In this document: piece by piece, positions 51,965 to 61,373 of the stretch
How positions within the stretch are numbered: position 1 is the first letter of the stretch
How the letters are laid out: each line of letters opens with the position of its first letter
Origin: a bacterium
Lineage (GTDB): Bacteria > Bdellovibrionota_C > UBA2361 > CALJRW01
Assembly (NCBI GenBank): GCA_031385045.1
Contig: JANNBC010000021.1
Span: 1-64,000, forward strand
Direction: 5' to 3'
Length of the DNA stretch: 64,000 nucleotides
Notes under the pieces: model-generated
Told to the model about the DNA's origin: nothing
Database searches by the model: none
Seen by the model: only the letters and a program-made list of their open reading frames with translations
Position numbers and translations under genes: made by a program

Positions 51965-53080
51965 ATGCAAGTATTTGGCTGTAAAAATTTTGAGAACAAA
52001 GTTGGAATTTTAATTGCAAACTTGGGAACACCAGACGCGCCAACTAAAAAAGCATTAAGGCCCTACTTAAAAGAGTTTCTCTCCGATCCAAGAATTATTG
52101 AAAAGCCTCGTTGGTTATGGTGGATTATTTTAAATATAATTATTTTAAATGTTAGGCCAAAAAGATCAGCTAGACTTTATCAGAGGATCTGGACGAAAGA
52201 AGGCTCTCCGCTTCTAGTCTCCACAATTAAATTTACAGACAAATTAAGAAAAAAATTTCAAGACGATGGCAAGGACGTAGAAGTTGTCTTTGGAATGCGA
52301 TACGGAAGCCATAATATTGAAGAAGCCTTAAAACAACTTGTGGCGAAAGGGTGTCGTCGGATTGTTTTATTTAATATGTATCCACAATACTCCGCTACGA
52401 CCACGGCGTCTAATTGTGATGCCGTCTTTGATAGTCTAAAAAAATTTCGTTGGGTTCCGAGTCTTAAGGTAGTTGAGCCCTATTATAATCATCCTGAATA
52501 TTTAGAAGCGGTAACAACTGTTATTAATGAAACATATCAAAATCTTAATCCTCGTCCCGAGAAATTAGTTTTCTCTTTTCATGGTATCCCGATAGAATAT
52601 GTTCAGAAGGGTGATCCTTATTGTTGTCAATGTAATGTTAGCAGTAAGCTATTAGTAGAACGATTAGGTTTTGCGGAAGGTGAAATTATCCATACTTTCC
52701 AATCTCGTTTTGGACGTGACCCCTGGCTCCAGCCTTATACCGATTATACAATTGAAGATTTAGGAAAGCAGGGAGTTAAGCATATCGCAGTTGCCTGTCC
52801 CGGGTTTACAGCGGATTGCCTAGAGACCCTTGATGAAATTGGGAATGAGGGACTGGAATCTTTTCATGAACATGGTGGTGAGCGGATTGATCTGGTTCCC
52901 TGTTTAAACGATCATGACCGTTGGGTGGAAGCTGCTAAGAATATTATTCAAGAAGAACTAACTAACTGGGAAAAACAAGATAGCTTTGCTAATCTAAAAT
53001 CTTTTGACTGCTCCTGTGGGTTAAATAAATGTTCGGATCCCACTTGGCGTAAATGTGGGCGATGTTCATGCCAGAACTAA
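51965..53080 (+). CDS. hemH: Ferrochelatase with Cys-rich C-terminal tail
   Basis: NLGTPD, YPQYS, FSFHGIP, FQSRFG..WLQP, DCLETL. Confidence 0.96.
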   Translation: MQVFGCKNFENKVGILIANLGTPDAPTKKALRPYLKEFLSDPRIIEKPRWLWWIILNIIILNVRPKRSARLYQRIWTKEGSPLLVSTIKFTDKLRKKFQDDGKDVEVVFGMRYGSHNIEEALKQLVAKGCRRIVLFNMYPQYSATTTASNCDAVFDSLKKFRWVPSLKVVEPYYNHPEYLEAVTTVINETYQNLNPRPEKLVFSFHGIPIEYVQKGDPYCCQCNVSSKLLVERLGFAEGEIIHTFQSRFGRDPWLQPYTDYTIEDLGKQGVKHIAVACPGFTADCLETLDEIGNEGLESFHEHGGERIDLVPCLNDHDRWVEAAKNIIQEELTNWEKQDSFANLKSFDCSCGLNKCSDPTWRKCGRCSCQN

Positions 53081-53122
53081 AGTGCGAATTATTATTTCCT
53101 TTGATTTAAATGCTTCCTCAAA

Positions 53123-53150
53123 TCCTGGATATTTTAAAAAATATCCAGGA
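53123..53150. terminator. Hairpin between hemH and a convergent small ORF
   Basis: tcctggatatttt-aa-aaaatatccagga. Confidence 0.55.
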
Positions 53151-53230
53151 GGCGAAGTCATTGTCCTTAAATTCGATAATATAATTAGTTAGTCAAAACT
53201 ACTGCCAGTAAATCTTTCTTTTAATTATTT

Positions 53231-53431
53231 CTACATCGGCTCGGGCAGATCTTTGGGATCTTCAGAGATTTCCAAAGGTTCTTCGTCTGTATTTAAATGA
53301 GTAGGGGGCTCTTGCTCACTATTTCTTTTTATTTCACTCTCAGGTTCTTCCGTCGGTCGGACCTGATCTTTTTCTGAGATCATTTCCCCAGGAAGGATTT
53401 GCTTTTCCACAATCTTCGGTTTATCGCACAT
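53231..53431 (-). CDS. Small acidic Pro/Glu-rich hypothetical protein
   Basis: 66 aa ORF preceded by GGAGAG Shine-Dalgarno-like sequence. Confidence 0.5.
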   Translation of the reverse strand: MCDKPKIVEKQILPGEMISEKDQVRPTEEPESEIKRNSEQEPPTHLNTDEEPLEISEDPKDLPEPM

Positions 53432-53600
53432 TGATCTCTCCGTTTAGTATATAGTAAAACCAGAAAATATTTTCCGTAAAATGCTTACCTTCACTCTAAA
53501 GGAAAATGACAAGTGTAAGTTAGAAATTTTAAGCTGGGGTGATAAACCTTCGGTTTAACAGAGTTTTATAGGTTTTACTATATTTATCTCTGGGCTACCT

Positions 53601-53703
53601 CCTTCGCCTTTCAAGCTTCTGAGGTTAAACCCGCTGGTCTCAATATAGTAATGATCTTAAATTTATAATTTCCTATCGGAAATTCCTTTCTGTCATTACT
53701 ATA
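53601..53703 (+). repeat. Dispersed intergenic repeat, copy 2, ending in a tatagtaatga...tcattactata hairpin
   Basis: Similar to 48018-48100; 11-bp inverted repeat 53644-53654/53693-53703. Confidence 0.7.
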
Positions 53704-53741
53704 TCATACAGGTTATTCAGTTTGCTTTTTAATCAATAACT

Positions 53742-53909
53742 TTATACTGGAGGTCTGAGTTTCGGTATAATCAGAGAAGCAACAAACAAGATTAGGAAGA
53801 CAAAGAAAAGTATTTTTGCCATTCCTGCTGCAGTTCCTGCAATTCCCGTAAAGCCAAAAACTCCTGCTAGTATCGCAACAATCAAAAATGTTAGTGCCCA
53901 ATTCAGCAT
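53742..53909 (-). CDS. DUF1328 (UPF0391/YtjA-like) small membrane protein, 55 aa; absent from the ORF track
   Basis: Manual translation [55 protein letters not shown]. Confidence 0.92.
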   Translation of the reverse strand: MLNWALTFLIVAILAGVFGFTGIAGTAAGMAKILFFVFLILFVASLIIPKLRPPV

Positions 53910-54174
53910 CTTAACCCCTATAAATTTAAAATTATAAAAGTAATATAAGGGAGATAATCATTGTAAGTGTATGATATAAATCATATCAGAAAGAATAATT
54001 GCTTATAGTTCCTGAATTTCTTGTTAAATTAATTTATTTCATCTTATTTGCCCTAGTCTATTTAAAAAATTTATTTCTAAATTTCACTTATTGACTTCAA
54101 AGCCAACTACTTCGGAAATTCGTTCATTTGGATTTAAATTTTTACTTGCTTGCGCAGAATGAGCTTGCCTTTAA

Positions 54175-54552
54175 TTATCTTAGTATCGAAATTTTTTTTC
54201 TTTTTACAGTTCCTTTATTGTTCTCGTTTTGAAGATGAGATTTTAGGATCGTTGATAGAAGTTTCGGAAAACGGCTTTCAATCTCAGCTAGTCTTAGTTT
54301 GCTAGCTAGTTCTACTCCTTTGCGTTCACAAAGGATTAAACCAGCCTCTCGTAGGATTTGAAAGTGTTGTGAGCAGGTTGATTTTGGTAGTTTTACTTTT
54401 ACTTGTTTAAGAGCCGCGGAACAATTTAAACAGGTTTTTTGTTGAAGTAACGTAGCGACAATTGTTAGGCGGACAGGATCAGAGAGGGCATAGAGTATTC
54501 CCGTCAAAGTAATTTGGTCTAATGGTGGATGATGTAAGGGGCGACTTCCCAT
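54175..54552 (-). CDS. ArsR/SmtB family transcriptional regulator
   Basis: ALSDPVRL, PKSTCSQHFQILREAGLI; divergent from the old-yellow-enzyme gene. Confidence 0.9.
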   Translation of the reverse strand: MGSRPLHHPPLDQITLTGILYALSDPVRLTIVATLLQQKTCLNCSAALKQVKVKLPKSTCSQHFQILREAGLILCERKGVELASKLRLAEIESRFPKLLSTILKSHLQNENNKGTVKRKKISILR

Positions 54553-54612
54553 AATTCAAGATAAAATTTAGCCTAGTTAGAACAGTTTGCAATATTTTTT
54601 TACAAATTACAA

Positions 54613-54656
54613 TTGACAAAGTTCATTAGTTCGTAATATATGAACTAATGAACTTT
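54613..54656 (+). promoter_or_regulatory. Sigma-70 promoter overlapped by a 15-bp perfect inverted-repeat operator
   Basis: TTGACA 54613-18; aaagttcattagttc-N9-gaactaatgaacttt 54618-54656. Confidence 0.7.
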
Positions 54657-54669
54657 AAGATAAAATTGC

Positions 54670-55722
54670 ATGAGTAAATTATTTGAACCATTAAAAATTG
54701 GCACACTTACTATTCCAAATCGCATTGTGATGGCACCACTTACAAGGACTAGAGCCAGTGCTGGGCGAGTGCCGAATGCTATGATGGCAGAATATTATCG
54801 CCAACGAGCCTCTACTGGTTTAATTATCACGGAAGCAACATCTGTTGACCCAATGGGTGTAGGTTACCCAAATACACCAGGCATTTGGTCTAAGGAACAA
54901 GTAATTGGTTGGAAATTAGTGACTGACGCTGTGCATCAAGCAGGTGGGAGAATTTTTCTTCAGCTCTGGCATGTGGGCAGGGTGTCAGATCCAGTGTACT
55001 TAGATGGGAAGCTTCCAGTTGCGCCTAGTGCTATTGCCGCCGATGGACATGTTAGTCTAATTCGACCAACTAAATCTTATGTGACTCCTAGAGCGTTAGA
55101 GCTGACTGAGATTCCTCAGATCGTGGAAGCGTATCGACAAGGGGCAATTAATGCCTTAGAAGCTGGTTTTGATGGAGTGGAGATACACGGAGCAAATGGT
55201 TATCTCTTAGATCAGTTTTTACAAGATAGTACTAATCAACGTCAGGATATTTATGGTGGTTCAATTGAGAGCCGGGCACGATTAATGTTGGAAGTTACTG
55301 ATGCGGTGATTTCTGTCTGGGGAGCTGGGCGGGTTGGGATGCATTTAGCTCCAAGAGCAGATGCACATTCGATGGGAGATTCGGATCGCTTAGCCACATT
55401 TACATATGTTGCTAAGGAGTTAGGAAAAAGAAAGATTGCTTTTATTTGTGCCAGAGAGGCACTAAAAGATGATAGCTTAGGTCTTAATCTTAAAAAAGCA
55501 TTTGGTGGTGTATATATTGTTAATGAAAGTTATTCAAAAGACCTAGCTGAACAAGTTTTAACCGACTCTGTAGCTGACGCTGTCGCATTTGGTAAGCTTT
55601 ATATCGCAAACTCAGATTTACCAGAGAGATTTCTAAACAATGCTCCTTTAAATGAGCCAGATGGGAGTACCTTTTATGGTGATGGGCCAGCAGGTTATAC
55701 TGATTATCCTAGGATCTACTAA
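54670..55722 (+). CDS. nemA: Old yellow enzyme family alkene reductase (NemA/XenB-like)
   Basis: MAPLTR, QLWHVGR, EIHGANGYLLDQF, GYTDYP. Confidence 0.9.
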   Translation: MSKLFEPLKIGTLTIPNRIVMAPLTRTRASAGRVPNAMMAEYYRQRASTGLIITEATSVDPMGVGYPNTPGIWSKEQVIGWKLVTDAVHQAGGRIFLQLWHVGRVSDPVYLDGKLPVAPSAIAADGHVSLIRPTKSYVTPRALELTEIPQIVEAYRQGAINALEAGFDGVEIHGANGYLLDQFLQDSTNQRQDIYGGSIESRARLMLEVTDAVISVWGAGRVGMHLAPRADAHSMGDSDRLATFTYVAKELGKRKIAFICAREALKDDSLGLNLKKAFGGVYIVNESYSKDLAEQVLTDSVADAVAFGKLYIANSDLPERFLNNAPLNEPDGSTFYGDGPAGYTDYPRIY

Positions 55723-55875
55723 TCCCCTAAAGTTTGACTATATTGATCTATTTGCATTCGAATTCTTGCTTAGGGCTAGAACTCAGGTAAAATCTGCAAA
55801 CTTAGTACTGGCTTAGAAAAATTAATTTTTGTAAGTGACTGCTAGGTTTTCCTGAAGTTTTATAATGTAGTTTTT

Positions 55876-57165
55876 GTGGTAATTGATAGTCCAGATTCAC
55901 TTCTTTCCTTTGTTGTTGCTCCTAGTCCTGTCCCTGCAAATTTTGAGATCGAGAGGGGACGGCTTGTCAAAGAAATAACTAACTTACAAGATGACCTTTC
56001 CAAGGTCACTGCGGAGACTCAAAGATTAGCAGCTTCAGCCAGTCATGATGCAATCATATCGTCAGCGGAAGCAATGTTTCAAGAACTAAATAGAACACGT
56101 TTGGCTAGAACCACAGGTTTAAATCAGCCTGAAGAGTATCGGGTGTTAATGCAAGTCGCTGGTTTAGTCCTACCAGTTGTGGAAGTTTCTTTAGAGGCTA
56201 GGGAGGCTGCTAATTTAGCAATTACTAGACTTCTAGAGGATGCTAACTTTCAATCTGGCTATAATCGAGAGAAAAATTTAGCTATCTTAGATAGTCGTTG
56301 GATTGGCTCTACTAATCATGAGCCAGATGCCTATCGTTTTGCAATTGCTAATAACTCCGAGCCAATTGTTGCTGAGTTTCTCTTGGCGCAATTTGTGGAT
56401 GCAAGTAGTTATCAGAAAGCTGGATGTTTAGCGCAGTGTTTAGCAGGCACAAAAGATCCTACTGTTATTGCAAAAGTTCATAGCCTAATTAAAGAAAGTA
56501 TTTCTGTTGTTGGAGGAAATAGCACCTATGCAAATTTATCAGTACAACATCTGCTTGCACCAATGATTCTTAAGGGCACGGAAGATCAGCTTGGTATTGA
56601 TTTATTGGTTCAGGCACTACGCTTAGATACTAAAAGCTTAACAGATCGTTTCCAAAGTGTTGGGGTTGTACGGGGGCACCCAGCAGAACAGTATTTACGA
56701 TTTGTGGCGCGCTCTTTAACTCCAAGTATGGGTAGTAAAGTCGAAGATCTAATTTTAAAAACAATTGTCGATCCAGAGATTCCACCTACAGTTAGAAGAA
56801 GCTTATTTGTAAATTGCTTAATTGATCCAATGAAAGATTTAGATAAGTTATCTGCAGCGCTGAATTTTATGAGGCCGAACCTTTCTGATTTTATTCAGGC
56901 AAATTATTTAAGAATTTATCGAGCACAGGATGAAACATTTGGCGCGAAAGTGAAGTGTGCTTGGGATGTTGCCGTGAGTTTAGTTAGGGGCACGGGAGTA
57001 TCTAAAGAGTATTTAAATCAAGTTCGTACGATCGCTAACTTTCTAGTTGGCCCAACCCCTTCTTCCGGTTTAAATGCTTTAGAGCAAAGAGGCTTTGATT
57101 ACGGTCTGTATAATCGAGCTCTGAGTGTCTTGGCTGGGAATACTGGTCGACAAGAGTTTTTTTAG
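55876..57165 (+). CDS. Hypothetical alpha-helical (HEAT-like) protein
   Basis: 429 aa ORF, no recognisable motif; start uncertain. Confidence 0.6.
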   Translation: MVIDSPDSLLSFVVAPSPVPANFEIERGRLVKEITNLQDDLSKVTAETQRLAASASHDAIISSAEAMFQELNRTRLARTTGLNQPEEYRVLMQVAGLVLPVVEVSLEAREAANLAITRLLEDANFQSGYNREKNLAILDSRWIGSTNHEPDAYRFAIANNSEPIVAEFLLAQFVDASSYQKAGCLAQCLAGTKDPTVIAKVHSLIKESISVVGGNSTYANLSVQHLLAPMILKGTEDQLGIDLLVQALRLDTKSLTDRFQSVGVVRGHPAEQYLRFVARSLTPSMGSKVEDLILKTIVDPEIPPTVRRSLFVNCLIDPMKDLDKLSAALNFMRPNLSDFIQANYLRIYRAQDETFGAKVKCAWDVAVSLVRGTGVSKEYLNQVRTIANFLVGPTPSSGLNALEQRGFDYGLYNRALSVLAGNTGRQEFF

Positions 57166-58340
57166 TTTCGATCCGTTCTGATAATTTCAATAATTGATGC
57201 AGCCTCAGCCCCATGTAAGTGCGCCAGTCTTTCTGGTAGCCCATCCCTTGATTGTAAAAAGCGAATGGCATCATTAATTACTGGAATAATTTCTGGCCAA
57301 TCAGGCCTAATTGCAATTGATTCTTCTGCTAGATCTAATAAGTTTTCTCGTTGATTAAAAACTGCTAATAAATCTTTCGGTTGCTTTTTGGCAGTTAGGA
57401 TTGCTGTCATCGAATTAGTTAGGAATAAATGTGCCGGGCGATTAAGTCCGCGTAGTGTAACTCTCTCAATGCCTTCTTCGTCAGAGGAGCAGAGGATTAA
57501 AGATTCATCGGATCTTTTTAATTTTGTGTTAGCAATTAAGTGCGGTAAGGAGTTCCTAAGAACGGCAATTTTATATTTTTCATCTCTAAGTTCCGGAATA
57601 GTTTTAGGTTCAGGTAAATCTGGTAGATCAGTACTTTTTCTTTTACGCATAATTGCCGAAACTCCCAATCGGTAAATTGGTAAGGAGAAATGTATTTGAG
57701 AGGCAAGATTGGGAACAATCATTGTCGGCCCAAAGAGATCGATTTGACCTGTTGTTAACTTAGTTCGGTAGTCAGCAAACGGGATATAGACTAATTCTAT
57801 TTCTTTTTGTAAGGCGAGCCCCAGCATTTTGCAAAATTCTGGATAGAAGCCGGTATGTTTGTTATCGCTTGGTGGTGTCTGAGAACCAAAAAGCCAATAG
57901 TGGTTATAGTTAACACCCATTCGCAATGGCCGTCCAGCCAGCAGATCTTTTACATTTCTCTGGCGCATTTCCGTACGCACAACATTCCGAATTAAATTTG
58001 TAAAATTATCCGTATTAAAATTTAAAGAGATTAGGTCATTAGCTTCGCGATTTTTTTCAGTAATAGTTAGGTTTGCTTGATAGGGAAATTCTTCGCTCAG
58101 GCGGGCGGCAGAAAAAATTTGCTGACCACTGACATCAAGATTAAATGCCAGTAGGACCAATACTGAGCGACCTGGTATTCTTCCGTATGTTTTTAATTGT
58201 GAGAGGTAAGCGGGAGTTACGCCACATTTTTCAGCGAGCTCACCATAGTCTCCTTTTTTCTTTTTCCATTCTTCTAGTGGTTCAGCAAGAAGCTGCTTTA
58301 GTTCATTAGAGCATTCAAAAGTTAGCTTTTTGATCTTCAT
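57162..58340 (-). CDS. XRE-type HTH fused to a type 2 periplasmic-binding-fold (SBP_bac_3-like) domain
   Basis: ELAEKCGVTPAYLSQLKTYGRIP; TGFYPEFCKMLG...GQIDLF...HFSLPIY. Confidence 0.75.
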   Translation of the reverse strand: MKIKKLTFECSNELKQLLAEPLEEWKKKKGDYGELAEKCGVTPAYLSQLKTYGRIPGRSVLVLLAFNLDVSGQQIFSAARLSEEFPYQANLTITEKNREANDLISLNFNTDNFTNLIRNVVRTEMRQRNVKDLLAGRPLRMGVNYNHYWLFGSQTPPSDNKHTGFYPEFCKMLGLALQKEIELVYIPFADYRTKLTTGQIDLFGPTMIVPNLASQIHFSLPIYRLGVSAIMRKRKSTDLPDLPEPKTIPELRDEKYKIAVLRNSLPHLIANTKLKRSDESLILCSSDEEGIERVTLRGLNRPAHLFLTNSMTAILTAKKQPKDLLAVFNQRENLLDLAEESIAIRPDWPEIIPVINDAIRFLQSRDGLPERLAHLHGAEAASIIEIIRTDRN

Positions 58341-58628
58341 ATTAAATAGGTTTGTTTATCACTAAGACTATTATTTAATTAACTATATAAGTCATAGGTT
58401 GGTCAATAGTCTGATTATATCTAATAAATTGCCAATATTATTTAATATAATAGCAGGAATATTTCATTTTAAACTGTTTATGTGAATTATATCAAAATAA
58501 TTTTGATTTAGTAAAGTCGGATTTTCCTCTAAAAAAACCTTAAGAGAGTGGTTAGGTATGGCAAGGCAAGGTTTAACAGCTTACATAACCCTAAATTAAC
58601 GTTTGTTTAATAAATTAAGGATAAAATA

Positions 58629-59441
58629 ATGTTACAACATCAAGGACCAGTAGAAATGTCCCTAAGGGAATTCTTTTTCGGGTCAGGATCTAGTAGAAAA
58701 TCAAGCCCACCGCAGGCAACACCATTACTTTCTAGTACAGAAGTACAAACAGCTAGAAGTTTATCAGCCAAGTTACAAAATTTTGATTTTCCGGAGCCAG
58801 GGCTTACAAATCGCCTGATTGAAGAGCAGGGATGGGATCGGCAGTTTATTGCTAAAGCAAAACAAGAATATTTAAGATTTATTGTTCTAGCAACATCTGC
58901 TCCAACGGAAGTTACTCCCTCGCTCGTGGTCGATGAGGTCTGGCATACACATTTAATGTTTTCTAAATCTTACATTGAAGATTTATGCCTTAATAACTTG
59001 GAAAGAATTATTCACCATAGTCCAGGAACTGGAGAGGCGACTCATGATGCTAAATATCAAGGGCAGTATTTGAGAACTTTAGCAACATACAAGCAAGTAT
59101 TTGGCCAAGAGGCGCCAAGCGATTTATGGCCTAGACCTAAGCAAGAAGCAACATCTGCCAGAGAGAAATCTAGTAGTCATCTAGGAGCTACTGATAGCGG
59201 AGCTTGTGCAGCGAGTCCAGTAACACATGATTCCTTCTTTTTACATTCACTATTTTCTGGGGGTTCTTCTGATACTGATTGTGGACATGGAGGATCGCAT
59301 GATTCTGGAGGTTGTGGTGGCGCTGAGGCAGGCGGAGCTGATGGGGGCGGTGCTTCTAGCTGTGGAGGTGGAGCAAGTTGTGGTGGAGGTTCTTCTTGCG
59401 GAGGAGGAGGTTGTGGTGGCGGAGGATGTGGAGGTAGTTAA
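58629..59441 (+). CDS. Glycine-rich domain protein (DUF1399/GRDP-like) with Cys-Gly repeat tail
   Basis: EYLRF, PSLVVDEVWHTHL, IHHSP, TLATYKQVFG..P..LW; tail SSCGGG..CGGGGCGG. Confidence 0.85.
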   Translation: MLQHQGPVEMSLREFFFGSGSSRKSSPPQATPLLSSTEVQTARSLSAKLQNFDFPEPGLTNRLIEEQGWDRQFIAKAKQEYLRFIVLATSAPTEVTPSLVVDEVWHTHLMFSKSYIEDLCLNNLERIIHHSPGTGEATHDAKYQGQYLRTLATYKQVFGQEAPSDLWPRPKQEATSAREKSSSHLGATDSGACAASPVTHDSFFLHSLFSGGSSDTDCGHGGSHDSGGCGGAEAGGADGGGASSCGGGASCGGGSSCGGGGCGGGGCGGS

Positions 59442-59543
59442 CTCTGCATCACTAATTAATCGCAGGAATAGTTATTTATTTCTGTCCACGATGTTAATTC
59501 AATTCTCAATCTTTGAAAAAACTTTAGTTGATATAGTGAGTCC

Positions 59544-59716
59544 AAAAAATAAATTACGTTAAAATACTAACGATTTTGTTGGGACTCCCTGTTGATGTTG
59601 TTTTTAGTTATGCAAACTTGGATATCCGCCGCTGCAAATGCTTTGGCGTCACAAGAATCCAAGATTTGCATTAGCCGTAATGACAGTATTTAATTTACTA
59701 ACGTAAATTATTTTTT
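59544..59716. repeat. MITE/REP-like palindromic element
   Basis: 18-bp inverted repeat aaaaaataaattacgtta / taacgtaaattatttttt (1 mismatch); internal atgcaaa-cttgga...tccaag-atttgcat stem. Confidence 0.5.
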
Positions 59717-59754
59717 GTCATTATTATATTACTTCTCATTCGATATCAATATCT

Positions 59755-61308
59755 TTAAGCTTTCCGTAATCTCTCCAGTAAGGCTTCGGTATCTTTAGGT
59801 AGAACATCTAAAGATTTTAAGATTGTGCCCATTTGGGATAGTTCCTTGGGATCATCTATCTTTTCTAGGATTGTTAAAAAAGCTAGAAATCTTGGCTCAT
59901 CTTTTGATCGCGCACAGGCAAACAAGTCATCAAAGATAATTTCCATTTTTTTAGTTTGATTACACAGTAAGTTAAATAGCTTAAGAAAATTGGGGCTATC
60001 TTTTAATTGCTCTAAAAGCATGGGGAAAGAGGCTTCGGGAGAATTGTGTGTTTTGATAAATTGCGGACTTAGTCGTTTAGCCACAATCGCGACTAAATCT
60101 ATGATTGAAGCATTTCCTTTTGGATCACTTCCAATTTCAATTTTCTTGGGGCTGATATCTAAATAGAAAACTTTAAGTGGTAATTGCTTGGTAATAAAAT
60201 CTTGAGCAGCTTTAGAAGGACTAGGATGATTGAGTTGGTAGATTGCAAATGAGGCTGGGTTTTGGCCGATATGCTCCAGGAATAGTTTGCGGTCTGCTTG
60301 TTTTTCTAATTTGGCAAATACATTCCAGACATTTTTTAGGCCGACAGACTGTTGTCCACAGACTTTACTAAGAGCTTCCCTTGTACTACGTACATAATCA
60401 AAACAACGATGATCTTCTAGGACTTCATGAGTGAGTGGTAATCTTGATAAAAATGGAAGTTCTTCTGCTGAAGCAGTTAATACACTTGTTAAATAATCAT
60501 TGTTTAAATGCCCTCTTTTTTGAGCGGTTAACAATAGCTCCGTATGATTATGTTGATCGTTAGGACGTAGTAATCCAAAATGATGAAAATTTGATTGCAA
60601 ATAAACAGCTCCTGCAATTGGATCCTGTGTTTTCTCAACTATTTTTTTAGTACAGTCTAGTAGATCACTGACTACTAAAGCATTATCAAAACCAAGATCT
60701 AATAAATGGGTGATGACTGCTTCTACTCTTAAGGCGAAATGTTTTAAGGCTTCATGTCTCTTTTCAGGAACTTCAACAGCATCAACTTCTAATTTAAGGC
60801 GGGCAAGAAAACTAGGCTTTAATTCTATTCGTCTTTCCTCTCCGATTGATGTGATATCCTCTAAGTAATCACTTCCTCCTTTCTCGTGTAAAGTTTTTAA
60901 ATTAATTGTAAGTTCTTCGCTGAGTTTTGTTTCGATTGCGGTAATTCGATCAATAAATGATTTCGCAGATTTTCTTTGTTGAGACATGCTCTCAACAACT
61001 TCCAACTTATCTGGATTAGCTAATTCTTTTAGTTCCTTGGCGATTGTCCGATAAGCTGATAAACAAGTTAAAACCATGGCAGTTAGTTGTGTAGCATAGA
61101 CCTCTTGGATACCAATGTCTTCTTGGAAAGCTCTAACTAATGCTAATGGATTATAGGGATAATCAATTGTTTTTGTTCGCCCAGGTTTTTCAATTTTAAT
61201 TTGAGCTTTTCCAGTATCATCTGTTACGACGTGACAAGGGAATTCTAGGACTGTTTGTAGATCCGTTCGGGGGTTAAGTGGAAGCTGTGATTGATGGTGT
61301 GACTGCAT
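59755..61308 (-). CDS. Hypothetical helical protein
   Basis: Long ORF; start moved to ATG 61308 because the track start lies inside the IS end. Confidence 0.65.
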   Translation of the reverse strand: MQSHHQSQLPLNPRTDLQTVLEFPCHVVTDDTGKAQIKIEKPGRTKTIDYPYNPLALVRAFQEDIGIQEVYATQLTAMVLTCLSAYRTIAKELKELANPDKLEVVESMSQQRKSAKSFIDRITAIETKLSEELTINLKTLHEKGGSDYLEDITSIGEERRIELKPSFLARLKLEVDAVEVPEKRHEALKHFALRVEAVITHLLDLGFDNALVVSDLLDCTKKIVEKTQDPIAGAVYLQSNFHHFGLLRPNDQHNHTELLLTAQKRGHLNNDYLTSVLTASAEELPFLSRLPLTHEVLEDHRCFDYVRSTREALSKVCGQQSVGLKNVWNVFAKLEKQADRKLFLEHIGQNPASFAIYQLNHPSPSKAAQDFITKQLPLKVFYLDISPKKIEIGSDPKGNASIIDLVAIVAKRLSPQFIKTHNSPEASFPMLLEQLKDSPNFLKLFNLLCNQTKKMEIIFDDLFACARSKDEPRFLAFLTILEKIDDPKELSQMGTILKSLDVLPKDTEALLERLRKA

Positions 61309-61373
61309 TTTAGAATTTACTAAATAATTTAAGGGGCAGTAGAATAACATAAACAAGTTGCTAAGCAAGAACA

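Noticed and set aside
53713..53901. 62-aa ORF in the track
   Set aside because: Out-of-frame overlap with the recognisable DUF1328 gene
59227..59562. 111-aa Val/Glu-rich ORF
   Set aside because: Alternative frame of the Gly/Cys tail codons of 58629..59441
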